Source: an uncultured Gammaproteobacteria bacterium (GTDB lineage Bacteria > Patescibacteriota > Microgenomatia > Levybacterales > UBA12049). From it: a DNA stretch of 64,000 nucleotides. Numbering within the stretch: the stretch's first letter is position 1; every line of letters starts with the position of its first letter. The notes under the pieces were generated by a model, which did no database searches, was not told where the DNA came from, and worked only from the letters and a program-made list of their open reading frames with translations. The stretch spans positions 59,331-123,330 of the forward strand of contig CAYQEJ010000004.1 in assembly GCA_964416505.1 (NCBI GenBank). Reading direction: 5' to 3'. Positions 20,238-29,821 of the stretch are shown piece after piece. Position numbers and translations under genes: made by a program.

Positions 20238-20424
20238 GTTCTTATTTAGGCAAATTTCTAATTCCTAGTCAATAAAATCCACATGGTAATAGGTGGTTAT
20301 AAAAAGTGATTTTTTGAATAAACAAAAAGTAATAAGTTTACCAAAAATCTGAAAATTTATGAGGCTAGTAAATTTCTCCTGTAAGGCAACTAAATCATGG
20401 ATCTAGATTGACTTGACAATCTAA

Positions 20425-20449
20425 TTAATTAGGATAGTGGCATTTTTTG
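20425..20449. repeat. Right copy of the 25-bp perfect direct repeat. It coincides with the secA 3' end, encoding ...KKCHYPN*.
   Basis: Identical to 18596-18620. Confidence 0.9.
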
Positions 20450-23166
20450 TATTTTTTTCCGCTTCCACACCAACATGGATCATTTCTACCTAACTTCTTT
20501 TTATCAACCGGTGCCGAAGTATTTACCGGAGATAAATTTGGAGCTACAGATATTGGCACACTTTTAGTTTCTTTTGATTTTCTTGCTGATTTTTTAGGCG
20601 CTTCATCAGCTCCCAATTCTCCACCTGCAGGAGTTTCATGAATATGCATATGTGGAGTTTCGGGAGTAGCTACATGAACCTTGAATATTCTATGAGAGAT
20701 CTCATCGTTAATTCCAGCAATTAATTTTTCAAACATCTTAAATGCTTCATTTTTATATTCGACTAGTGGATCCTTCTGACCGTATGCTCGAAGTCTTATT
20801 CCTTCTCTTAAGTTATCTACTACGTCCAAATGCTCCATCCAAAGATTATCTATCACCGAAAGAGTCACGAAATTATCAATTTGACGCATGGTTTTTTCAC
20901 CAAGCTCTTTTTCCCGATTCTCATACATATCTCTGGCTATATTACTTAAAAATTCTATCCTTGAATTAATTTCAGGCCTATCTTCAATTTGCTTAGCAAG
21001 CTCTTTCTGTGACGCCTCATCAAAAGGAATAATTGTTGAGAATTCAGAAATAATTTTTTCAGAAACACTTTCGCCAGCTGCGCCTAAATCTCCTGAATTT
21101 ACAATATTGGCGATAGAGGTATCCAAATTTTCTAAAATTTCCTCTTTAGAAGTTTTTGATTGGGCATGTGCATTTTCGAGCGCTACTCTTCTTCTTTGAT
21201 AAATAATCTCTCTTTGTTTATTTAAAACATCATCATATTCAACGAGCTGCTTTCTTGAATCAAAATTAAATCCTTCAACCTTAACTTGAGCCTGCTCGAT
21301 TGCCCGACTTACAATCGGATGCTCCAATGGAACATCTTCAGGCATGTTGAATTTAGTCATAATTCCAGCGATACTATCTCCTCCGAAAAGCCTCATGATT
21401 TCATCATCAAGCGCCACATAGAATCTGGATTTACCAGGATCTCCCTGACGTCCAGATCTTCCCCTTAACTGATTATCAATTCTTCGAGATTCATGTCTTT
21501 CGGTACCAATGACATAGAGTCCGCCAAGAGACAATACTTCATCATGAGCCTTCTGCCATCTTTCCCATTCGCGAGTACCTTTAAGATCTATTCCATCCTC
21601 TCCCACCGGAGCAGCTCCACCAAGAATAATATCAACTCCACGTCCAGCCATATTTGTGGCTACCGTTACCGCTCCTTTTTCTCCTGCTTTGGCAATAATT
21701 TCTGCTTCTCTTTCATGATTTTTTGCATTAAGAAGTTCGTGTTTTATGCCGCGTCTTCTAAGAAGCTCTGAGAGAATTTCATTTTTATCAATTGAAGTTG
21801 TTCCTACCAAAACAGGCTGACCTGTTTTATTGGCTTTCTCTATTTCTGCAACAACTGCGCTAAACTTAGCTCTAGTGGTTTTGTAAATAGCATCAGAAAA
21901 ATCTTCTCTCTGAACTATTTTATTGGTAGGAATTACTACTACATCAAGCTTATAAATTTTATGGAATTCCTGAGCTTCTGTTACTGCTGTACCAGTCATT
22001 CCAGCCAATCTTTCATACATCCTGAAATAATTCTGAAGCGAGACCGTAGCTAAAGTTTTTGATTCGCGCTGGATCGCAACTCCTTCTTTGGCTTCAATTG
22101 CTTGATGAAGACCATCAGACAAGCGACGACCAATCATAAGACGCCCGGTAAATTCATCAACCAAAATTACTTCTCCATCTCTAACGATATAATCTTTTTC
22201 TTTTTTAAATAACGTTCTTGCTTTTAATGCAGCCTCAATGTGATAAACCGTATCAAAATCTTTTTCGTATATGTTTTGTATTCCAAAAAGCTTTTCTATC
22301 TTTCCAAGTCCATGATCTGTTAAGTGAGCTGTGTGAAGCTTTTCATCAATTTTATAATCGGTATCCGGAGAAAGTTTTTCTACTAACTTAGCGTAATCAT
22401 AATATTTATTTGTGGGAGTTTCATCTGGAGCAGATATAATATGAGGAGTTCTAGCTTCATCAATAAGAACTGAATCCACCTCATCGACTATTGCAAAGTA
22501 ATAACCTCTTTGAGTTACATTTTCAATATTTTGCTGCATATTATCTCTTAAATAATCAAATCCAAATTCAGAATTGATTCCATAAACGACATCTGCTTGA
22601 TATGCCTCTTTTCTAGTTACCGGTTTTAGATGAGTAAGTCTAAAATCGTGCGCATCTTTATTCGCAAAGCTCGAGTCATAAATAAAAGATTGCTCTGAAA
22701 TAATTGATGCAACTTTCATACCAAGAAACTCAAATACAGGGCCCATCCATCCGGCATCACGCCTAGCTAGATAGTCATTAACCGTTACCAAATGTACAGC
22801 TTTTCCTGAAAGAGCATGTAAGTAGAGAGCTGGAGTAGCTGAGAGAGTTTTTCCTTCTCCTGTTTTTTGCTCTGCAATTTTTCCTAAATAGAGAGACGCA
22901 GAAGCCATAAGCTGAACATCATAATGACGTTGCCCTATGGTTCGCCTTGCAGCTTCTCTGACTAAGGCAAACGCTTCAGGAAGTAGTAAATCCAAACTTT
23001 CTCCCTCAAGAGCTCTTTTTTTAAGTTCTTTTGTTTTTTTAGGAAAATCTGAATCTTTTAGTTTTTTTGTTTTATCTTCGAGTGCATTTATTTCAGAAAT
23101 AAGAGGTTCTAGCTTTTTTATTTCCTTTTCGTTGGAATCGAATAATTTTCCGAGGATGGGTAACAT
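20425..23166 (-). CDS. secA: Preprotein translocase ATPase SecA.
   Basis: The N-terminus MLPILGKLFDSNEKEIKKL is SecA-like. DEAD-like motor motifs are present, and there is a C-terminal zinc finger CWCGSGKKYKKCH. Confidence 0.95.
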   Translation of the reverse strand: MLPILGKLFDSNEKEIKKLEPLISEINALEDKTKKLKDSDFPKKTKELKKRALEGESLDLLLPEAFALVREAARRTIGQRHYDVQLMASASLYLGKIAEQKTGEGKTLSATPALYLHALSGKAVHLVTVNDYLARRDAGWMGPVFEFLGMKVASIISEQSFIYDSSFANKDAHDFRLTHLKPVTRKEAYQADVVYGINSEFGFDYLRDNMQQNIENVTQRGYYFAIVDEVDSVLIDEARTPHIISAPDETPTNKYYDYAKLVEKLSPDTDYKIDEKLHTAHLTDHGLGKIEKLFGIQNIYEKDFDTVYHIEAALKARTLFKKEKDYIVRDGEVILVDEFTGRLMIGRRLSDGLHQAIEAKEGVAIQRESKTLATVSLQNYFRMYERLAGMTGTAVTEAQEFHKIYKLDVVVIPTNKIVQREDFSDAIYKTTRAKFSAVVAEIEKANKTGQPVLVGTTSIDKNEILSELLRRRGIKHELLNAKNHEREAEIIAKAGEKGAVTVATNMAGRGVDIILGGAAPVGEDGIDLKGTREWERWQKAHDEVLSLGGLYVIGTERHESRRIDNQLRGRSGRQGDPGKSRFYVALDDEIMRLFGGDSIAGIMTKFNMPEDVPLEHPIVSRAIEQAQVKVEGFNFDSRKQLVEYDDVLNKQREIIYQRRRVALENAHAQSKTSKEEILENLDTSIANIVNSGDLGAAGESVSEKIISEFSTIIPFDEASQKELAKQIEDRPEINSRIEFLSNIARDMYENREKELGEKTMRQIDNFVTLSVIDNLWMEHLDVVDNLREGIRLRAYGQKDPLVEYKNEAFKMFEKLIAGINDEISHRIFKVHVATPETPHMHIHETPAGGELGADEAPKKSARKSKETKSVPISVAPNLSPVNTSAPVDKKKLGRNDPCWCGSGKKYKKCHYPN

Positions 23167-23199
23167 GCGTATTAGTATAGCAGATTCGAGGCTAGCTTA

Positions 23200-24459
23200 C
23201 TAGCTTTTCTTCTCTATTTTCGTAAGACCACCAAGGTATTTTTGAAGAACTTCAGGAATAAGCACTGATCCATCAGGCTGTTGATAATTTTCTATAATTG
23301 CAATAAGAGTTCTACCGATTGCAAAAGCAGTTCCATTTAGAATATTTGCGTACTTTTTATTCCCCGCGTCATTATATTTAATATTTAATCTTCTAGATTG
23401 GAAATCAGTTATAGTAGAAACACTTGTAACCTCTCTGTATTTATTTTGACCAGGCATCCACGCTTCTATATCAAATTTTCTAGCTGCTGGAAAACCAAGA
23501 TCACCACTACACATCTTAATTACTTGATAGGGAATTCCAAGCGCCTGAAATAATTTCTCCTCAATAGAAAGAAGAAAATCTTGCTCCTTATCATCTTCTC
23601 CCTCAGGAACGAATGAAACCATTTCTACTTTATCAAACTGGTGAACTCTTAAAATTCCTTTAGTATCTTTTCCATACGAACCAGCTTCGCGCCTAAATGC
23701 CGTTGAAAAACCAACATATCTTAGCGGCATATCTTTAACATCAAAAGTTTCATCCATATGCATTGGAACGACTGAATGCTCAGCAGTTCCAACTAAAGTA
23801 AATCCATCATTTGGAATGTGGAACATATCTTCATCTCCACCATTCTCCATATAACCTAAACCCCTCATTACCTCAGTCTTTATAAGCACTGGAGGAACAA
23901 CAGGCTTAAAACCTTCTTTCATTAGTGTCTCTATTGCAAACTGAACTAATGCAAATTCTAGAAGTGCTCCTTCATTTTTTAAGTAAGCAAATCTTGCTCC
24001 ACTTACCTTTGCGGCTCTTTCAACATCAATAATTCCTAAAGCTTGTCCGATATCTAAATGGTCTTTGGCCTGAAAATCAAACTTAGGTAGTTCTCCCACT
24101 GTTTTAACTACATCATTTTCACTATCGTCTTTTCCTACCTTAACATCAGGCTTTGAAGGATTAGGAACTTTTAAAAGAAGCTCTTTTAATTCTTTATCTA
24201 AATCATTTAATGCGCCTTCTTTTTGATCTAATTCTTCTTTAATTTTTTTGCCTGTCTCAATTTGCTCTGGAGTAGGTTTTCCTTTTATACCAGATACGTG
24301 TTGATTTCTTTTCTCTCTAAGCACCTGAACTTCTGAATCCAAAACTTTCTTTTTAGAATCAACTTCCAGGATTTGAGAAACGTCAATTTTAACTCTTTTT
24401 GCAAGAGCTGCCTTTTCAATTTCCTCAGAATTTTCTCTAATTATTTTTATATCAATCAT
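23200..24459 (-). CDS. serS: Seryl-tRNA synthetase.
   Basis: An N-terminal coiled-coil arm precedes a class II core (FRREAGS..G). Confidence 0.9.
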   Translation of the reverse strand: MIDIKIIRENSEEIEKAALAKRVKIDVSQILEVDSKKKVLDSEVQVLREKRNQHVSGIKGKPTPEQIETGKKIKEELDQKEGALNDLDKELKELLLKVPNPSKPDVKVGKDDSENDVVKTVGELPKFDFQAKDHLDIGQALGIIDVERAAKVSGARFAYLKNEGALLEFALVQFAIETLMKEGFKPVVPPVLIKTEVMRGLGYMENGGDEDMFHIPNDGFTLVGTAEHSVVPMHMDETFDVKDMPLRYVGFSTAFRREAGSYGKDTKGILRVHQFDKVEMVSFVPEGEDDKEQDFLLSIEEKLFQALGIPYQVIKMCSGDLGFPAARKFDIEAWMPGQNKYREVTSVSTITDFQSRRLNIKYNDAGNKKYANILNGTAFAIGRTLIAIIENYQQPDGSVLIPEVLQKYLGGLTKIEKKS

Positions 24460-24466
24460 AGACGTA

Positions 24467-25033
24467 TTATACTACTTTAGCCTCATTTAGGAAATCACTT
24501 AACTTTTTAAGCGCAATTTTACGATGAGAAATTTTATCTTTTTCTGAAGGAGTCATTTCGGCAAAAGTTTTTCTTTCTCCGTCTGGCACAAAAACCGGAT
24601 CCCAACCAAAACCATTTTCCCCTCTTATTTCTTTGGAAATCTCTCCATCAATTTCCCCAATAAATAAATAAGGATTTTTTCCATCATGATAACCAATCGC
24701 AAGCTTTGCTATAGCTTTTCTATTTTCTTCATTTTTTAATAATCTTAAAAGAAGATTTGCGGTATCATTTTCGGACTTTAACATCCATTTAATCAAAGGC
24801 CCAGGAAATCCATTCCATGCGCTAATTTCTAAAGAAATGTCATCGATAATCACAGGGCCTTTTACTATACCGAAAGCCTGATTCAACTTATTCAGTGCAA
24901 CTTTTTCTAAATTAATTTCTTGAATTTCTTCAATTTCGGTTTCTAATATTTCTAAAGGGATATTTAGAATTCTCGAAACTTCTTTAGCTTTTGCCTTATT
25001 TCCTGTGACAAAAGTTATCTTGGAAGTTTTCAT
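24467..25033 (-). CDS. rdgB: Non-canonical purine NTP pyrophosphatase (Ham1/RdgB).
   Basis: ITFVTGNKAKAKE, ...FGWDPVF... and the Ham1 length fit. Confidence 0.85.
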   Translation of the reverse strand: MKTSKITFVTGNKAKAKEVSRILNIPLEILETEIEEIQEINLEKVALNKLNQAFGIVKGPVIIDDISLEISAWNGFPGPLIKWMLKSENDTANLLLRLLKNEENRKAIAKLAIGYHDGKNPYLFIGEIDGEISKEIRGENGFGWDPVFVPDGERKTFAEMTPSEKDKISHRKIALKKLSDFLNEAKVV

Positions 25034-26544
25034 TTTGAGGCCTCTTCTAGTCTTTCTTTCACAAATGATTTATCCAGAGAAAGCAAAAACCAAGCTAGCC
25101 TTGGACCATGATCTTTTCCAATCAATGCTTTATAAAATGCCGAAAATGTATCCCCAGATGCTAATTCAAGACTTTTTCCTAAATCATAAATTTTAGTTTG
25201 GAGCTCCGAAGGATCTTTTACTTCAGAAATAAATTCTGCAGTTTTTCTTAAAAGCTCTTTTTGTTCTTCTGATAGGTCAATATTTTTTGGCAACTCTTTC
25301 TGAACCGTAAATTTTTGATCATCTGGAGCAAACCGTTCCACCCATACCCTGGCATATTTCGCCCATTCCTCCAATCCTCCTTCTTTAATCTTTCCATCCA
25401 TGTTTGGCATTTGCACCCAAGAAGTTAAAATCGAAAATCTAATCATTGGTGGTTTTTTTATTTCTTCTATTTGAGAAATTTCAAATGCTCTGCCTAAATC
25501 TTCATCACTTTTACTGAAATATGCTTCTGCTGCTTTTTGATAATCATCAAAAAGAGAGGGGATAGCATTCTTATCTTCGGGATCAAAATTTGTTTGAGAT
25601 TTAATTCCATTTCTTGCAAACAAAAACCTGGCTACATTTGGAGGAAGTATTTCTATTAAGTCGTGTGCTTTAAGACCCAAACCTTTCGAGGAAGACATTT
25701 TCTTGCCACCGATTAGAATAAATTCATATGGGAGCCTAAACGGAGGAGCGAAATCGAATACCTCTTTGCATATTTCCATTGCAATATCATATGAACCACC
25801 CTTTGAAGCATGATCTTTTCCAGCCCCCTCAATTGTTACCCCAATCACTTTCCAATGAGCTGGCCAATCAACTTTCCACGGAAGCTTCCCAGTTCCACCA
25901 AAGGGAGTAATTTTCCCTTCATATCCACAACCGACAGCCCATTTAACCAAATTGGGTTCACATTTGTATGAAACTTTTTCAGAATCCCATGCGAAAACTT
26001 TGGTGGTTCCCAATTTCCCGCATTGCTCGCAGATAACCTGGAAAGGAAGCCAGCCGGATTGTTTCTTCTGACTTCCAGAAATTCTTTGATAGATATCCTG
26101 AATTTTTTCTGCATTATCTAGTGCCTTTTTTATGACCTCATCAAACTTTCCTTGATGATAAAGTTCCCATGAGGATAATACTTTAACATTAACTCCCAGA
26201 TTTTTTATTGCATTTAGAAAATCCGTAGAAAACAAATCTGCCATTGACTCAAATTTTGGATCAGGTGATTTTGCTAATTTTAAAGGCTTCCCAAGTTCCG
26301 ATTCATGAGTACCTTTTATTTCTGGGAGAAGATCATCTGCGGGATCGAAATCATTTATCACAAATGTATAATCTACCTCTTTCCCAAGATCTTTTAAGCT
26401 TTGAAAAATCATACTATGAATCACAGGCCCCATAAGCGAGCCCACATGTGCATAGCCAGAAGGAGTCTTCATATCATCTACCCAATAGGGGACGTATTTT
26501 CCAGAATCAATAATATCTTTTGCAATTTTATCAGCCCAAAACAT
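25030..26544 (-). CDS. lysK: Class I (archaeal-type) lysyl-tRNA synthetase.
   Basis: The N-terminus MFWADKIAKDII...PSGYAHVG matches class I LysRS. A KMSSSKG (KMSKS-like) motif is present. Confidence 0.7.
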   Translation of the reverse strand: MFWADKIAKDIIDSGKYVPYWVDDMKTPSGYAHVGSLMGPVIHSMIFQSLKDLGKEVDYTFVINDFDPADDLLPEIKGTHESELGKPLKLAKSPDPKFESMADLFSTDFLNAIKNLGVNVKVLSSWELYHQGKFDEVIKKALDNAEKIQDIYQRISGSQKKQSGWLPFQVICEQCGKLGTTKVFAWDSEKVSYKCEPNLVKWAVGCGYEGKITPFGGTGKLPWKVDWPAHWKVIGVTIEGAGKDHASKGGSYDIAMEICKEVFDFAPPFRLPYEFILIGGKKMSSSKGLGLKAHDLIEILPPNVARFLFARNGIKSQTNFDPEDKNAIPSLFDDYQKAAEAYFSKSDEDLGRAFEISQIEEIKKPPMIRFSILTSWVQMPNMDGKIKEGGLEEWAKYARVWVERFAPDDQKFTVQKELPKNIDLSEEQKELLRKTAEFISEVKDPSELQTKIYDLGKSLELASGDTFSAFYKALIGKDHGPRLAWFLLSLDKSFVKERLEEASK

Positions 26545-26598
26545 ATTCGTATTTTACCTCAAAATTGATTTTTTTGCCTCAATTAATTCTTTAGGAGT

Positions 26599-27606
26599 TT
26601 AAAAAGTAAATTTACTGATAATTTCAAATATTTTCTCTTTGTTCTCTTCCGTTACTTTTATTTCCACCATTCCTTCATTAGGTTTACCCTTGGAAGCTTT
26701 AGCGAAAGAGGGCTGACCATAATAAATAGAAAACCCAAGTGGAGCTACGAGAACAGCTGGCAAAACCGTTAAATCTTCTTCTCCATCAATTAAGATCACA
26801 TATTTCTTGTTTGACTCTATACATTTTTTTACTTCTTCAAAAATACTCCCTGAAATTTCACCCGCTGAGTTTTTTATTTTAATTGTTTTAATTTCCTTTT
26901 CGAAATTTAAGTCTTCCATTTTTTCAAACTTTTTCTTTCTCTGAACTTGAAAATCCACAATTGAAAGAATCTGATTAATTTTATTTAGGTTAAATTCTTT
27001 AGTTGTTATGTCACCAATAGTAATTATCTTTTGCCCATCTAGATTTCTTGATATTTTTTTAAGCACATCTCCCATTGGTTTTTGCAATAAAGGTCGCATC
27101 TCTTGCGGTAATTTTAAACTTTTATTTATCCACTCATCTTTAACATATAGTCTTCCATCTCTATTTATTTCTCCGTTTCTGATTCTCGTACTTGATATTA
27201 AACCATTATCTTCTGCTCGATCCATTTCGATAACTTCAACTGCAATTTCCGGAATACCAATAGCTTTCCTTTCTTCATTAATTCCAATTACAGTTCTATT
27301 TGTTTGTGGCGTCACAGCTACAGCCGAAACTTTAAAATTTTTATCTAAGAGAGGACCATAGATATCATCTATTTCAATAATTTCAAGCTTATTTGAGGCC
27401 TTAAGGGTTTTTAAAAAATTAAAAACATTTCGTTCTCGAGTTCTATAATCTTCAAAATTATTATTCTTGAATCTTGATACATATGAATCGCTTGTCACTC
27501 CAATTATAACTTTATCTCCTAATTGGGCTACTTTTTCTAAAAAGCTTTTGTGTCCTTTATGAAGAAGATCAAATGTTCCACCGCTTACTATGACATCATA
27601 TTTCAT
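26599..27606 (-). CDS. Fusion protein: an N-terminal archaeal-type phosphopantetheine adenylyltransferase (cytidylyltransferase fold) and a C-terminal DUF359-like domain (archaeal GTP-dependent dephospho-CoA kinase-like).
   Basis: The N-terminus has GGTFDLLHKGHKSFL...GVTSD. The C-terminal half has GDITT...ILIDGEEDL..LPAVLVAPLGFSIYYGQP. The DUF359 assignment is from memory of the family and needs checking. Confidence 0.45.
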   Translation of the reverse strand: MKYDVIVSGGTFDLLHKGHKSFLEKVAQLGDKVIIGVTSDSYVSRFKNNNFEDYRTRERNVFNFLKTLKASNKLEIIEIDDIYGPLLDKNFKVSAVAVTPQTNRTVIGINEERKAIGIPEIAVEVIEMDRAEDNGLISSTRIRNGEINRDGRLYVKDEWINKSLKLPQEMRPLLQKPMGDVLKKISRNLDGQKIITIGDITTKEFNLNKINQILSIVDFQVQRKKKFEKMEDLNFEKEIKTIKIKNSAGEISGSIFEEVKKCIESNKKYVILIDGEEDLTVLPAVLVAPLGFSIYYGQPSFAKASKGKPNEGMVEIKVTEENKEKIFEIISKFTF

Positions 27607-27610
27607 GAGG

Positions 27611-28798
27611 CTAAATTCCTAATTCTTCTTTTACGCTTTTAAATGCTGCTATACCTTTATCTAAATCCTCTCTTGAATGTGCTGCGGAAGGAATAACTCT
27701 AATTCGAGCTGTGCCTTTTGGTACCATAGGAAAAACAATCGGAGTTGCGAATACATCCATCTCGTATAGTTTTTTAGAGAATTCCTTTGCTTTTTCTTCA
27801 TCTCCAATCAAAACTGGAGTAATGGGGCTTACGCTTTTCCCGGTATTGAATCCTAATTTCTTAAATTCTTCTTTTATATATTTTACATTCTCCCATAACT
27901 TATCAACGGTTTCAGTCGATTCTGAAAGAATATTTATTGCTTCAAGAGCTGCTGCGGTATCGGGAATTGAGAGCGCAATTGAAAAAAGTCTCTGACGCGC
28001 TTTCAGCTTATAATAGCCTATTAATGTTTTATTTCCTGCAATAAATCCGCCCAAAGAAGAAAATGCTTTGGATAAGCTGCCTACTTCAATATCAATTTTT
28101 CCTACTAAGCCAAAATGATCGACAACACCACGTCCACCTTTCCCCATCACTCCTTCACCATGAGCGTCATCAACCATCGTCAATGCATTATATTTTTCTG
28201 CTAGTTCAACAATCTCAGGAAGAGGAGCTAGATCTCCATCCATAGAGAAAACTCCATCGGTAACTATAAGAACTAATGGTAAATTTCCATCAGACTTAAC
28301 ATTCTTTCGAATCTCATCTATTTCTTGAAGTTTTTTTTCTAGATCAGCGGAATCTCCATGCTTGTAAATAAATTTATTTTTTACACCTGATAATCTCACT
28401 GCATCAATTATTGATGCATGGTTTAACTCATCAGAAATTACTATATCTTCTTTACCTATAATCGTTTGAATTGCTGCAGCATTTGCCAAATAAGCACTTG
28501 AAAAAGTTAACGCAGCCTCCGTACCTTTAAATTTAGCAATCGCTTCCTCGAGCTCTAAATGAAGAACGTGTGTTCCGGCCAAAGTTCTATATCCTGTCCC
28601 AATTCCATATTTCTCAACAGCTGCAATCACTGCATCTTTTACTTTTTGATTTTCTGCTAATCCTAAATAATGACTTGAACAAAAATTGAGTTTTCTTACA
28701 CCATCAATAGTAAGATATGCTCCTTGACCTGATTGAATAACCCTAGGAGTAACACCAGCTTTTACAACTTCTTCAAGTTCTTTATAAAAATCATCCAT
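27611..28798 (-). CDS. kbl: 2-amino-3-ketobutyrate CoA ligase (glycine C-acetyltransferase), a PLP-dependent enzyme.
   Basis: Class II aminotransferase fold with an SLSKAF lysine motif. It is adjacent to tdh. Confidence 0.8.
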   Translation of the reverse strand: MDDFYKELEEVVKAGVTPRVIQSGQGAYLTIDGVRKLNFCSSHYLGLAENQKVKDAVIAAVEKYGIGTGYRTLAGTHVLHLELEEAIAKFKGTEAALTFSSAYLANAAAIQTIIGKEDIVISDELNHASIIDAVRLSGVKNKFIYKHGDSADLEKKLQEIDEIRKNVKSDGNLPLVLIVTDGVFSMDGDLAPLPEIVELAEKYNALTMVDDAHGEGVMGKGGRGVVDHFGLVGKIDIEVGSLSKAFSSLGGFIAGNKTLIGYYKLKARQRLFSIALSIPDTAAALEAINILSESTETVDKLWENVKYIKEEFKKLGFNTGKSVSPITPVLIGDEEKAKEFSKKLYEMDVFATPIVFPMVPKGTARIRVIPSAAHSREDLDKGIAAFKSVKEELGI

Positions 28799-28800
28799 AG

Positions 28801-29820
28801 TTAAGGGGTAAGAACTATTTTTCCGCTTTCTCCAGATTTCATTACCTTCATAGCCTCCTCAAAATCTTTAAGAGCAAATCTATGTGTAATGATTTTAGAT
28901 AAATCTACTTTTCCCGAAGTTAATAATTCCGAAGTCTGTTCCCATGTTTCCCAAATTCTTCTACCGAAAACGCTTTTTAAATTTAATTCTTTATTTATAA
29001 AATACTTACCAAAATCAACTGCAACAGGTGCTTTAGGAATTCCAAAAATTATTATTACTCCAGCTATTCTTACTGCATCAAGAGCTGTTTGAATAGCGTC
29101 TGGATTTCCCGACATTTCTAAAACAGCATCTATCTTATTTAAATATTTTTCAGGAAGCTTGTCATAAATCTCATCTGCACCCATTTTTTCCGCAAGCTTT
29201 CTTCTATATTCTCCACGGTTGAGAGCGATTACTTTCTTCGCACCAAAGGCCTTAGCAGCTGCCACTGCACATAATCCGGTAGGACCAAGTCCCGTTACCA
29301 AAACCGTTTTCCCCTCAACTTCTGCTTTTTTTGCTACATGAACGGCATTTCCAAGAGGCTCTTGAGAACTCATTGCCTCCAAAGGAACTCTAGGATCATT
29401 TTTCCATGATGTTCTAATTGGAATTGTCGCATACTCTGCAAATCCACCATTTCTTCCAATTCCAAAAAGCTCCATATTTTCACAAATATGCTTATTGCCA
29501 ATTTCACATTGATAACATTTTCCACAATAAATATGAGTTTCAGATGAAACTAAGTCTCCAATTTTTAAACCTTTTGGATTATCTCCGTTGATTTCAAGAA
29601 TTTCTCCTACTACCTCATGACCTATCACGATTGGTGGAGCGATATGCCCTTCTGCCCAGGGAGTCCAATCATAAATCGAGATATCTGTACCACAAATTGA
29701 GGCTGCTTTTACTTTTACTAAGAGTTCTCCATCTAGAGGCTTGGGGATGGGGATTTTTTTAATAGAAACGCCTGGTGCTTTGTTTTCCTTAAGAACTGCG
29801 AGCATCAGATCATTAGCCAT
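28801..29820 (-). CDS. tdh: L-threonine 3-dehydrogenase (zinc-dependent alcohol dehydrogenase (ADH) family).
   Basis: ICGTDISIYDW...GHEVVGE and the NAD-binding glycine motif GLGPTG are present. Confidence 0.8.
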   Translation of the reverse strand: MANDLMLAVLKENKAPGVSIKKIPIPKPLDGELLVKVKAASICGTDISIYDWTPWAEGHIAPPIVIGHEVVGEILEINGDNPKGLKIGDLVSSETHIYCGKCYQCEIGNKHICENMELFGIGRNGGFAEYATIPIRTSWKNDPRVPLEAMSSQEPLGNAVHVAKKAEVEGKTVLVTGLGPTGLCAVAAAKAFGAKKVIALNRGEYRRKLAEKMGADEIYDKLPEKYLNKIDAVLEMSGNPDAIQTALDAVRIAGVIIIFGIPKAPVAVDFGKYFINKELNLKSVFGRRIWETWEQTSELLTSGKVDLSKIITHRFALKDFEEAMKVMKSGESGKIVLTP

Positions 29821-29821
29821 A

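Noticed and set aside
20405-20420. TTGACT/TTGACA-like hexamers on the plus strand just upstream of the right 25-bp repeat.
   Set aside because: No plus-strand gene lies downstream, so they are likely chance matches in AT-rich DNA. The minus-strand promoter of the 535-aa gene lies in the same spacer.
18596-20449. The 25-bp direct repeat as a simple assembly artefact.
   Set aside because: This cannot be excluded without reads. However, both copies are embedded in different unique coding contexts (the secA C-terminus versus the end of another gene), which is more consistent with a real duplication. It is flagged for verification.
20447-23203. Multiple 60-103-aa plus-strand ORFs inside secA.
   Set aside because: They are antisense shadows of a well-supported 913-aa SecA gene.
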